This document shows positions 54,075-62,068 of a stretch of 64,000 nt of DNA, in pieces. The translations under genes and the position numbers were made by a program. The stretch is from the NCBI GenBank assembly GCA_040401595.1, contig JBBAOE010000003.1:139459-203458 (forward strand). The letters run 5' to 3'. Every line of letters begins with the position of its first letter. Within the stretch, counting starts at the first letter, position 1. Under the pieces are notes generated by a model. The model made no database searches and was not told the origin of the DNA. It saw only the letters and a program-made list of their open reading frames with translations. Origin of the DNA: Burkholderiaceae bacterium (GTDB lineage: Bacteria > Pseudomonadota > Gammaproteobacteria > Burkholderiales > Burkholderiaceae_E).

Positions 54075-54749
54075 TTAGCCCTGGCGAATTTCTTCGCGCC
54101 ATAACCAATAGGATTTCAGGTACGAACCCCCGATCACCGTCACCATGACGGCGGCGATGATAGGTCCCTGCCATGGCTCCCATCCGGGAATGGCTGCGCC
54201 AGCGATCAATAGCGCCCCGCCGAGCACAAAGCTGCGGCCAGCAAACCGGTGGGTCTGGTCCCAAACCCGGTCGCTGCTCAGCGTCCAGGGAGAGCGAATG
54301 CCGATGATGTGATTGGAACGCAGCTTGCCAAATACATTGCCGCTCCCGATGAGCAGCGATCCGATCAGGAAACCCGGCGCCAGGTGGTGCAGCAACGGCG
54401 TCGGAAACGGCGCATTGTCTGTATGGCTCAGGATGAACCCCTGGCCCAGGGTCAGGGTCAGCACAACCGAAATCCAGATCGATCCGACGGCGCGATCCGA
54501 TCGATGGAGATTCTCCGCTCGTGGGTCGGTCCTGCTCAACCATCGCAGGGTGATCCAGACGAAGCTGGTCAGGCCGGGGACCGCCAGCAGTCCGATCCAG
54601 GCCGGTGCCCAGCCGTTTGGCGTGCCATCGAATCCGAAGTGAATCGGCACGATCGCTCCCGGGGGCTGCTCCATGAGTCCCCGCAGGCCGCCCAGGGTCA
54701 TCAGGGCGATCAGCGCCGCAGTCCATCGGCTGGTTTGGCTACTTGTCAT
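54075..54749 (-). CDS. DUF1648 + SdpI-family membrane protein
   Basis: VPIHFGFDGTPNGW is DUF1648-like, and NHIIGIRSPWTLSSDRVWDQTHRFAG is SdpI-like. It overlaps the regulator gene by 11 bp. Confidence 0.75.
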   Translation of the reverse strand: MTSSQTSRWTAALIALMTLGGLRGLMEQPPGAIVPIHFGFDGTPNGWAPAWIGLLAVPGLTSFVWITLRWLSRTDPRAENLHRSDRAVGSIWISVVLTLTLGQGFILSHTDNAPFPTPLLHHLAPGFLIGSLLIGSGNVFGKLRSNHIIGIRSPWTLSSDRVWDQTHRFAGRSFVLGGALLIAGAAIPGWEPWQGPIIAAVMVTVIGGSYLKSYWLWREEIRQG

Positions 54750-55026
54750 GGCGATCCTCCTTGGTGGATCCGATCTCCAGCGCCGAGGCGAATCCCATCA
54801 GGGCTTCCTCCAGCACGGAGAGGTTCAGACGATAGGTGACGGTGGTTCCGCTTTTCTCGGCCATCACAAGATCGGCTTCGCGCAGCACAGCAAAATGCCC
54901 CGAGAGCGTCGGCTTGGACAAGGTGAAGTGTTGGGCAAGTTCACCCGCTGTGCGTTCATGCTGGCGCAGAAGCTTTAGAATCGCGCGTCGGGTCGGATCA
55001 GCCAAGGCTTTGAAAACCAGGTTCAT
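54739..55026 (-). CDS. ArsR-family (SdpR-like) transcriptional repressor
   Basis: ATG 55026 reads MNLVFKALADPTRRAILKLLRQHERTAGELAQHFTLSKPTLSGHF, a winged-helix ArsR signature. The longer 174-aa ORF in the track is implausible. Confidence 0.8.
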   Translation of the reverse strand: MNLVFKALADPTRRAILKLLRQHERTAGELAQHFTLSKPTLSGHFAVLREADLVMAEKSGTTVTYRLNLSVLEEALMGFASALEIGSTKEDRHDK

Positions 55027-55027
55027 A

Positions 55028-55051
55028 TTTGGTATTTTGCCAAATACCAAA
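55028..55051. promoter_or_regulatory. Perfect inverted repeat TTTGGTATTT-tgcc-AAATACCAAA (candidate SdpR-like operator)
   Basis: It has 10-bp perfect arms. It fills half of the 49-bp divergent spacer between the regulator ATG (55026) and the tldD ATG (55076). Confidence 0.6.
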
Positions 55052-55075
55052 ATATTGTCAATGATCGGTATTTCC

Positions 55076-56581
55076 ATGAATGAGCATTTCTCGCCGGGCC
55101 CCGAGACGCTGGCCACGCTGGATCGGATTCGTCGCAGTGCCGCCCAGCTGCGCTGCCCCGATGCGTTCTGGTCCTTGCGGGCCGCGGTCGAGCAAAGCCA
55201 GGTCTTTTCGGTACGCCGGGGGGTCGCCGAACCCCTCGCGGAGAGCGCCGATACCGGGGTCATGTTGACCGTGATTCAGGGCGGAGGGTTGGGATATGCG
55301 GCGACCGCCGACCTGTCTCCCGGGGGCCTGCAGGCGGCGCTCGATGAGGCGCTGGCATGGGCAAAAACCTGTGCCCAGGCGTCCGTTTTTCCGTTCAAGC
55401 CGCCCCTCGCAGGCACCGACGAGGCCACCGCAACGGGGGGCTGGTCAGCTCCCAATATCGGATCAGCGATGCCGGTCACGGCCGATCTGTTCGATCTGTT
55501 GCGCGTCGAGGATGCCGCTGCTGCCCGAGACACCCGGATCGTGGATCGCAGCGCCTCGATCCATGTGACCCAGGCGACCCGATTACGCCTGACCAGTCTG
55601 GGCGGCGAGCAGGTACAGCATCATCGCTGGGTGATTCCGTCTCTGGCGGTGACGGCCCATGTCGATGGCGTGACGCAGACCCGAAGTCTCGCTGGCAACT
55701 ACAACGGGTTCTGCCGTCAGGGCGGTTTCGAGGTCATTCTGGAGTCCGGTTTGATCGGCGCGGGTTCACGAATCGCCGACGAGGCGATTGCCTTGACGCA
55801 AGCGCCGGAGTGTCCGACTGGTGTGCTGGACCTTCTCGCGATGCCCGATCAGATGATGCTGCAGATCCATGAGTCGATCGGTCATCCGCTGGAGCTCGAC
55901 CGGATTTTGGGCGACGAGCGCAACTTCGCAGGCACGAGCTTCGTGACCCCCGACATGTTCGGGCGCTATGCCTATGGTTCCGAGCAACTCAATATCACCT
56001 GCGATCCGACGATCGAGCATGAGTTTGCAGCCTTTGGTTTTGATGACGACGGAACACGGGCAGAGCGGGCGGTACTGATCGAGCGCGGTCGTCTGTTGCG
56101 TCCAATCGGTGGTGCACTGTCGGCCGCGCGGGCTGCCGCCGCCGGGTATGCGCTGGAACCGGTTGCTTGCGCGCGGGCCTCGGCCTGGTGGCGTGCGCCG
56201 ATTGACCGGATGCCCAATCTCAACCTTGAGCCCGGTGACACCACACTTGAGCAGATGATCGGTTCCATCGATGACGGGATCCTCGTACGCACCAATCTGA
56301 GCTGGTCGATCGATGATTCGCGCGACAAGTTCCAGTTTGGCTGCGAATGGGGAGAACGGATCCGCCACGGGAAACGGGTTGGGGTCGTCCGCAACCCCAA
56401 TTACCGGGGCCGCTCCGCGAGCTTCTGGCGCTCACTCGACCAAGTCGGCAACGCCCAGACGGTTCAGGTCATGGGAACGCCTTATTGTGGCAAGGGCGAG
56501 CCGGGTCAGGTGATCCGGGTCGGCCACGCATCACCGCCCTGTTTGTTTCGTGGTGTGGAAGTGTTTGGCGGGGGACACTGA
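55076..56581 (+). CDS. tldD: TldD-family metalloprotease
   Basis: ATG 55076 (alternative 55061). The HExxxH motif is IHESIGHPLELD, and the C-terminal GxC region is YCGKGEPGQ. Confidence 0.85.
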   Translation: MNEHFSPGPETLATLDRIRRSAAQLRCPDAFWSLRAAVEQSQVFSVRRGVAEPLAESADTGVMLTVIQGGGLGYAATADLSPGGLQAALDEALAWAKTCAQASVFPFKPPLAGTDEATATGGWSAPNIGSAMPVTADLFDLLRVEDAAAARDTRIVDRSASIHVTQATRLRLTSLGGEQVQHHRWVIPSLAVTAHVDGVTQTRSLAGNYNGFCRQGGFEVILESGLIGAGSRIADEAIALTQAPECPTGVLDLLAMPDQMMLQIHESIGHPLELDRILGDERNFAGTSFVTPDMFGRYAYGSEQLNITCDPTIEHEFAAFGFDDDGTRAERAVLIERGRLLRPIGGALSAARAAAAGYALEPVACARASAWWRAPIDRMPNLNLEPGDTTLEQMIGSIDDGILVRTNLSWSIDDSRDKFQFGCEWGERIRHGKRVGVVRNPNYRGRSASFWRSLDQVGNAQTVQVMGTPYCGKGEPGQVIRVGHASPPCLFRGVEVFGGGH

Positions 56582-56582
56582 G

Positions 56583-57347
56583 ATGGACATGCCCAAGAAT
56601 CGGTTCAAGCGGGCCCTGGCTTCGGGTCAGACTCAGATTGGCATCTGGAACAGTCTGGCCAGTGCCTATGCCACGGAAGTCGTGGCGGGATGTGGCCTGG
56701 ACTGGATGCTCCTCGATACCGAGCATGCGCCAAGCGATGTTCCTACCGTGCTGGCGCAACTGCAGGCCGCGGCTGCCTATCCGATCGACTGCGTCGTCCG
56801 TCCGGCTTGGAACGATCAGGTCCTGATCAAGCGCTACCTCGATATTGGCGTGCAGTCACTCCTGATCCCGTTTGTTCAGAACGCGCAGGAGGCGCGCGCG
56901 GCGGTCCAGGCCTGCCGCTACCCGCCTCACGGAATTCGAGGTGTGACGGGGGGTGCACGTCATAACCGTTTCGGTCGGGTGCCTGACTATTTCGAGCGCG
57001 TCCATGATGAACTCTGCATCCTCGTCCAGGCCGAAACCTTGGTGGCCTTGGAACACCTCGATGAGATTCTTGCCGTGGAGGGGGTCGACGGCGTGTTCAT
57101 CGGCCCGGCCGATCTTTCGGCTGACATGGGTTTCGCAGGGACCGTCAACCGACCTGAAGTGCGGGTGAGGATCGAAGCTGCGATCGGTCAGATCCGCCGG
57201 TCTGGGAAGGCCGCTGGTTTTCTTTGGACGAATCTTGATGACTGCCAGCATTGGATCGAGATCGGGACCAGTTTTCTGGCGGTGGCATCCGACCTGGGCA
57301 TTCTGGCCCGTGCCAGTGATGGCTTGACCAAGCGCTTTAAGTCCTGA
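56583..57347 (+). CDS. HpcH/HpaI-family class II aldolase
   Basis: ATG 56583 lies 2 nt after the tldD TGA. NRFKRALASGQTQIGIW and LLDTEHAP are typical HpaI/GarL-type motifs. Confidence 0.85.
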   Translation: MDMPKNRFKRALASGQTQIGIWNSLASAYATEVVAGCGLDWMLLDTEHAPSDVPTVLAQLQAAAAYPIDCVVRPAWNDQVLIKRYLDIGVQSLLIPFVQNAQEARAAVQACRYPPHGIRGVTGGARHNRFGRVPDYFERVHDELCILVQAETLVALEHLDEILAVEGVDGVFIGPADLSADMGFAGTVNRPEVRVRIEAAIGQIRRSGKAAGFLWTNLDDCQHWIEIGTSFLAVASDLGILARASDGLTKRFKS

Positions 57348-57397
57348 GCCCCATCTTGTCTGCTGGGACCGCTGAGCGCACCAAGCGCGGGAAACTT

Positions 57398-58804
57398 ATG
57401 AATTCTTTGCTCATTCATCAGGCGGACTGTATCGCCACTCAGGATGACGCCCGTACGGAGCTGCGCGGTGCATCCATTCTCATTCGCGCTGGCCGGATCG
57501 AGCGTGTGCTGGCGGCCCACGAGGTCACGCCGGCGTTGATCGCGGATGTCGATCAGACGATCGATGCGCGCCACCATGTCGTGATTCCCGGGATGGTCAA
57601 CACACACCATCACATGGTGCAGAGCTTGACCCGTGCGGTCCCGACCGTGCAAAACGCTGAGCTGTTTTCCTGGTTGCGCGGTCTCTATCCCATCTGGGCG
57701 GGGCTGACACCCGAGATGGTGCAGGTCTCCAACCAGGTTGCCATGGCTGAGTTGCTCCTCAGTGGTTGTACGACCAGTAGCGACCATCTGTACATTTATC
57801 CGAACGGTGTGCGTCTCGAGGACAGTATCGAAGCGGCCCATCGAACGGGCATCCGGTTCACGGCCAGTCGCGGCAGTATGAGCGTGGGGGCGAGTCAGGG
57901 AGGCCTTCCGCCAGACCGTGTCGTCGAACGCGAGGACTTTATCCTGCGTGAAACCCGTCGTCTGATCGAGACTTGGCACAGCGACGAACCTGGCGCCATG
58001 ATTCAGATTGCAGTGGCGCCCTGCTCGCCGTTCACCGTCAGTCAGGATTTGATGCGCGAGTCGGCTGACCTGGCTCGAGCTTACGGGGTCCGGATGCACA
58101 CGCATCTGGCTGAAAATGATCATGACGTCGCGTACACACGCGAAAAATTTGGCTGTACGCCCGCGCAATATGCGGAGTCGCTCGGGTGGGTCGGGGCTGA
58201 TGTCTGGCATGCGCACTGCGTCAAACTGGACGAACCGGGCATGGGGACCTTTGCTCGCAGTCGCACGGGGATCGCGCACTGCCCATGCAGCAACATGCGG
58301 CTCTCCAGCGGGTTTCTTCCCTTGCGCCGTTTGATGGATCTGGGGGTTCCGGTGGGCTTGGGCGTGGATGGCAGCGCGAGCAACGATGCCGGCCACTTGC
58401 TCAATGAGGCCCGCCAGGCCATGTTGTTGGCTCGCGTCATCAAGGCGCTTGAGCCATTCGGTTGCGATGCGGGGCCGGGAGAGATGACCCCGCGCGATGC
58501 GCTGTGGCTAGCGACCCGCGGGGGCGCGCAGGTCCTTGGGCGGTCTGATATCGGTCAGATCGCGCCGGGCTTGTGCGCCGATCTAGCCCTTTTCCGCACC
58601 GATACGCTGGCGATGGCGGGCGCAGCGGTGCACGATCCGGTGGGGGCGCTGATGTTGTGTTCCAGTGGTCAGGCTGATTACACCGTTGTGAATGGTCGGG
58701 TCGTGGTCAGCGCGGGTGAAGTGACCACCGTTGACATCGGACCGTTGATCGAGCGGCACAATGCGCTCGCCCGGGCACTGGTGCAGGCCGCACAAACGGG
58801 TTAG
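57398..58804 (+). CDS. Amidohydrolase-superfamily deaminase (8-oxoguanine deaminase / AtzB-like subgroup)
   Basis: ATG 57398. PGMVNTHHHM (HxH), HTHLAE, AHCV and GVDGSASND are metal-ligand motifs of cytosine-deaminase-like amidohydrolases. Confidence 0.8.
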   Translation: MNSLLIHQADCIATQDDARTELRGASILIRAGRIERVLAAHEVTPALIADVDQTIDARHHVVIPGMVNTHHHMVQSLTRAVPTVQNAELFSWLRGLYPIWAGLTPEMVQVSNQVAMAELLLSGCTTSSDHLYIYPNGVRLEDSIEAAHRTGIRFTASRGSMSVGASQGGLPPDRVVEREDFILRETRRLIETWHSDEPGAMIQIAVAPCSPFTVSQDLMRESADLARAYGVRMHTHLAENDHDVAYTREKFGCTPAQYAESLGWVGADVWHAHCVKLDEPGMGTFARSRTGIAHCPCSNMRLSSGFLPLRRLMDLGVPVGLGVDGSASNDAGHLLNEARQAMLLARVIKALEPFGCDAGPGEMTPRDALWLATRGGAQVLGRSDIGQIAPGLCADLALFRTDTLAMAGAAVHDPVGALMLCSSGQADYTVVNGRVVVSAGEVTTVDIGPLIERHNALARALVQAAQTG

Positions 58805-58821
58805 ACAGAGGATGGAAGGCG

Positions 58822-60210
58822 ATGCCGCAGGACCGTTTCGAGCAACAATTTGAATCACTCGCTCAGGCGATGCCCAAGCTCGCGGGGCATGACGCCCAGT
58901 GGTCGCTCGAGTTTCGGGCTGAAGCCTCTGATTTTGTGCGCCTCAACCAGGGCGCGATCCGTCAGCCAGGCCATGTCCGCCGAACGCTCGCAACGATTCG
59001 ACTTCTGGAGGGCCAGCGCCATGCGTCGCGTGTGGTCGCCTTGAGCGGAGAAGAGGCCGAAGACCAGAGCCGCCTGGCTCAGGCGGTGGCTGGGTTGCGC
59101 AGCGGTTTGCCGTCGCTTGCCGAAGATCCCCTGTGCCAGATTGAAACCGCTCCGTCCCGCAGTCGGCGCGTTGAGCGCATGGCCAGTCCGAATGGCGTTC
59201 AAGGCGTCGCGCAGGATTCCCGCCCTGGCGATGCGGCCCGCGCGATCATCGAACAGGTGGTCAGTCAGACGCGGGGTCTCGACTTCGTGGGGATTCTCGC
59301 GGCCGGCCCACGCGCGCGCGGCTTGATCAACTCGCATGGGGTTCACCACTGGCACGAAGTGGATGGGTACTCGTTCGATTTCAGTTTGCATCATGACCAG
59401 GGAGAACTTCGAGGCCGTGCGGCGAAAGCGTCCATGCATGGTCGTACCTGGCAGGCCGAAGCATTCGCGCAGCGACTCGAGCAGTTGCGTCAAGACCATG
59501 CGCTGCTGGCAAGACCAGCGCGTGCCGCGCCGACTGGGAATGTGCGTGCTTTTCTGATGCCTGCGGCGGTTGAAGCCTTGCTGGGCCTCATGTCATGGGG
59601 TGGATTTTCGGCGAGCGACCGGATGGCGCGGCGAAGTCCCCTGCAGCGCTTGGTCGATGGAGAGGTCAGTCTTTCGGATCAGATCTCGATTTGGGATGAC
59701 GTCCGAGCAAGTGACGCATCCGGCTTTAATGCCGAGGGTTTCCGCCGGGTCACGCCCCTGTCGCTGATCGAGCGGGGACGGGACGCTGGCGCCTGTTGCA
59801 ACCCCCGTACTTCAATCGAGTACGGAGTTGCGCACACAGGTGCTGACGGCGAACAGCCCGAAGCCTTGATCATGGCTGCGGGCGAGATCGAAACGCAGGA
59901 GGCGATGCGCGCGCTTGGTACCGGTTTGTTTGTGAACCGACTCTGGTATCTGAACTGGTCGGATCGTCAGTCCGCTCGAATGACGGGCATGACCCGGTTC
60001 GCGACCTGGTGGGTTGAGAATGGCGAGGCGGTCGGGCCGGTCGATCCCATGCGCTTCGATGATTCGATCTATCGTACGTTTGGCGAGGCTCTGGAGGGCC
60101 TTACGACCGGCCGCGACATGATCGGTGACGATTCGACCTACGACGAGCGATCGCTCAAGACCGCCTTGGTGCCTGGCGCCTTGCTCTCGAGTTGGCGTCT
60201 GGTGAGTTAG
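58822..60210 (+). CDS. pmbA: PmbA/TldE-family protein (non-catalytic partner of TldD)
   Basis: PmbA_TldD-like length and C-terminal region (FVNRLWYLNW, TRFATWWVENGE). There is no HExxxH motif. Confidence 0.7.
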   Translation: MPQDRFEQQFESLAQAMPKLAGHDAQWSLEFRAEASDFVRLNQGAIRQPGHVRRTLATIRLLEGQRHASRVVALSGEEAEDQSRLAQAVAGLRSGLPSLAEDPLCQIETAPSRSRRVERMASPNGVQGVAQDSRPGDAARAIIEQVVSQTRGLDFVGILAAGPRARGLINSHGVHHWHEVDGYSFDFSLHHDQGELRGRAAKASMHGRTWQAEAFAQRLEQLRQDHALLARPARAAPTGNVRAFLMPAAVEALLGLMSWGGFSASDRMARRSPLQRLVDGEVSLSDQISIWDDVRASDASGFNAEGFRRVTPLSLIERGRDAGACCNPRTSIEYGVAHTGADGEQPEALIMAAGEIETQEAMRALGTGLFVNRLWYLNWSDRQSARMTGMTRFATWWVENGEAVGPVDPMRFDDSIYRTFGEALEGLTTGRDMIGDDSTYDERSLKTALVPGALLSSWRLVS

Positions 60211-60213
60211 AGC

Positions 60214-60237
60214 GGGTTCACCGTCATGGGTGAACCC
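60214..60237. terminator. Hairpin between convergent pmbA-like and bug genes
   Basis: GGGTTCACC-gtcatg-GGTGAACCC is a perfect 9-bp stem. There is no clear U-tract. Confidence 0.4.
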
Positions 60238-60258
60238 TGCACCTGGGCGCAGTTCTGC

Positions 60259-61326
60259 TTACTGGGCCTGAAAGCCGCTGGCGCGAATGATCCGCGACCA
60301 GGTCTGGGTGTAGGCTTGCTCGCGAGTACCGAGTTGTTCCGGCGTCATGAAGTCGACCGTCACACCCATGCCCGTCATGCGTTCGCGCACATCCGGCATG
60401 GCCAACACTTTGGAGACGGCATCGGCCAGGCGATCAATCGTGGCTTTTGGGGTGCCGGTTTTCGCAAACAGTCCATAGTAGGGGACGTCCTCGAATCCGG
60501 CGAGCCCGAGTTCGGCAAACGTCGGCACTTCGGGCAGAACAGCCTGGCGACGATTCCCCAGGACCGCAACGACCCGAAGCTTTCCGGCTTTGTGGTTCTC
60601 GATGAAGTCCGGCACGGATGCGACCCCGGCGCCGATCTGATTGCCGAGCATATCGCCGATCAACGGTGCGCTGCCGCGGTAGGGGGTGGATTGAAGATCG
60701 AGCACATATTTCTGGCCGATCAGCTTGACCAGAAATTCTGGGACCGAGGCTGGTGCGGGAACGCCAACGGTGCCCTTGCTTGGGCCTTGCTGACGAACCC
60801 AGGCGACGTATTCATTGACCGATTTTGCCGGTGTGCCGCTGGAAACGGCGAGTGCGTTGACGAAGCTGGCGAACCCGGCCACCGGAACAAAATCCTGCGC
60901 GGGATCAAAGCCCGGGTTTTTCACGACTTGCGGCAGGATCGAGATGGTGTGGTCGTGGGAAAGGAAAAGGAGTGAGCCGTCGGTCGGGCCGGCTTTGAGG
61001 GCCTGGGCCGCAATCTGACCACCTGCTCCGGCACGGTTCTCGACGATGACCGATATGCCCAGTTGATCTTTCAATTTTTCAGCCAGGGTTCGAGCCAGAA
61101 CATCGGTTCCGCCACCGGGCGGAAATCCGACGAGAATCCTGATCGGGCCAGCCGGCAGTGGCGTTTGCGCCAGAGCGGTATGGACGAACATGCCCGGGAT
61201 GAGCCCCGCACCCAGCGCGATTGTCAGGAGCGCCCGACGCGCATCGCGCAGGGGTGCGAACTGCACGACCCGATCCATCGAGCGATACAGCGTGCGCCCA
61301 AGCATGAACCCAATTCTCTGAACCAT
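60259..61326 (-). CDS. Bug-family (TctC-like) tripartite tricarboxylate transporter substrate-binding protein
   Basis: Signal peptide, then GPIRILVGFPPGGGTDVLAR, a typical Bug motif. Confidence 0.85.
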   Translation of the reverse strand: MVQRIGFMLGRTLYRSMDRVVQFAPLRDARRALLTIALGAGLIPGMFVHTALAQTPLPAGPIRILVGFPPGGGTDVLARTLAEKLKDQLGISVIVENRAGAGGQIAAQALKAGPTDGSLLFLSHDHTISILPQVVKNPGFDPAQDFVPVAGFASFVNALAVSSGTPAKSVNEYVAWVRQQGPSKGTVGVPAPASVPEFLVKLIGQKYVLDLQSTPYRGSAPLIGDMLGNQIGAGVASVPDFIENHKAGKLRVVAVLGNRRQAVLPEVPTFAELGLAGFEDVPYYGLFAKTGTPKATIDRLADAVSKVLAMPDVRERMTGMGVTVDFMTPEQLGTREQAYTQTWSRIIRASGFQAQ

Positions 61327-61446
61327 GGCGAACTTCCCGGTGTTGGAAATAAACAGCGCCCGTCACGGACGCGCATACTTCGAGTTTAATCGACCCGGAC
61401 GGCGCTCAAGCGGCGCTGCCGCCGGGTCCCGTCATGGAGACCGATT

Positions 61447-61998
61447 TTGGCTCTGAAAGCCACCATTTATAAAGCGCAGCTGCAGCTTTCGGATATGGAC
61501 CGCCAGGTCTATGGTGAACACACGCTGACTCTGGCCCTGCATCCATCAGAGACCGAAGAACGGCTTCTGATTCGTTTACTCGCATTTGCGCTCCAGGTGC
61601 CGGCCGATACCGATGCCGGGGCCCTTCAGTTCGCCCGGGGTCTTTCGGATACCGACGAGCCTGATATTTGGCAGCATGATCTTTCCGGACAGTTGGTTCA
61701 GTGGATCGAAGTCGGTCAGCCCGATGAGCGTCGTCTGGCGAAAGCTTGCGGTCGTGCAGAGCGGGTCTCGTTGTACGTGTATGGCAGCTCGGCTGCGATC
61801 TGGTGGGCTGCGATCCGCAACAAGCTGACGCGGCTCACGAATCTGGCGGTATGGCAGATCGATCCCGAACAGAGTCAGGCGCTGGCCGCGTTGGCGCAGC
61901 GTGCCATGCAATGGCAGGTGACGGTTCAGGATGGGACGGTCTGGGTCAGTGCGGGCGAATCGTCGGTCGAACTGACACCGGTTCAGCTGAATGCATGA
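61447..61998 (+). CDS. yaeQ: YaeQ-family protein
   Basis: The TTG start reads MALKATIYKAQLQLSDMDRQVYGEHTLTLALHPSETEERL, the canonical YaeQ N-terminus. Confidence 0.85.
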   Translation: MALKATIYKAQLQLSDMDRQVYGEHTLTLALHPSETEERLLIRLLAFALQVPADTDAGALQFARGLSDTDEPDIWQHDLSGQLVQWIEVGQPDERRLAKACGRAERVSLYVYGSSAAIWWAAIRNKLTRLTNLAVWQIDPEQSQALAALAQRAMQWQVTVQDGTVWVSAGESSVELTPVQLNA

Positions 61999-62068
61999 AT
62001 GCCCTACGTGTGCTGGATATTCGCGACGCTGCGGATCTCGTTTTAGAACGTTTATGGAGTCTTGAATC

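Noticed and set aside
390-60975. Many long ORFs in the track run antisense to recognisable genes: 390-1574(+), 6262-7911(-), 17097-18083(+), 20491-21549(-), 21905-22729(-), 23910-24986(-), 30230-31312(+), 36111-37127(+), 49064-49813(+), 50657-52141(+), 52041-53129(+), 57188-58396(-) and 60226-60975(+).
   Set aside because: Their translations are Arg/Gly/Pro/His-rich with no family motifs. In every case the opposite strand encodes a protein with clear catalytic motifs. Open shadow frames like these are expected in GC-rich DNA.
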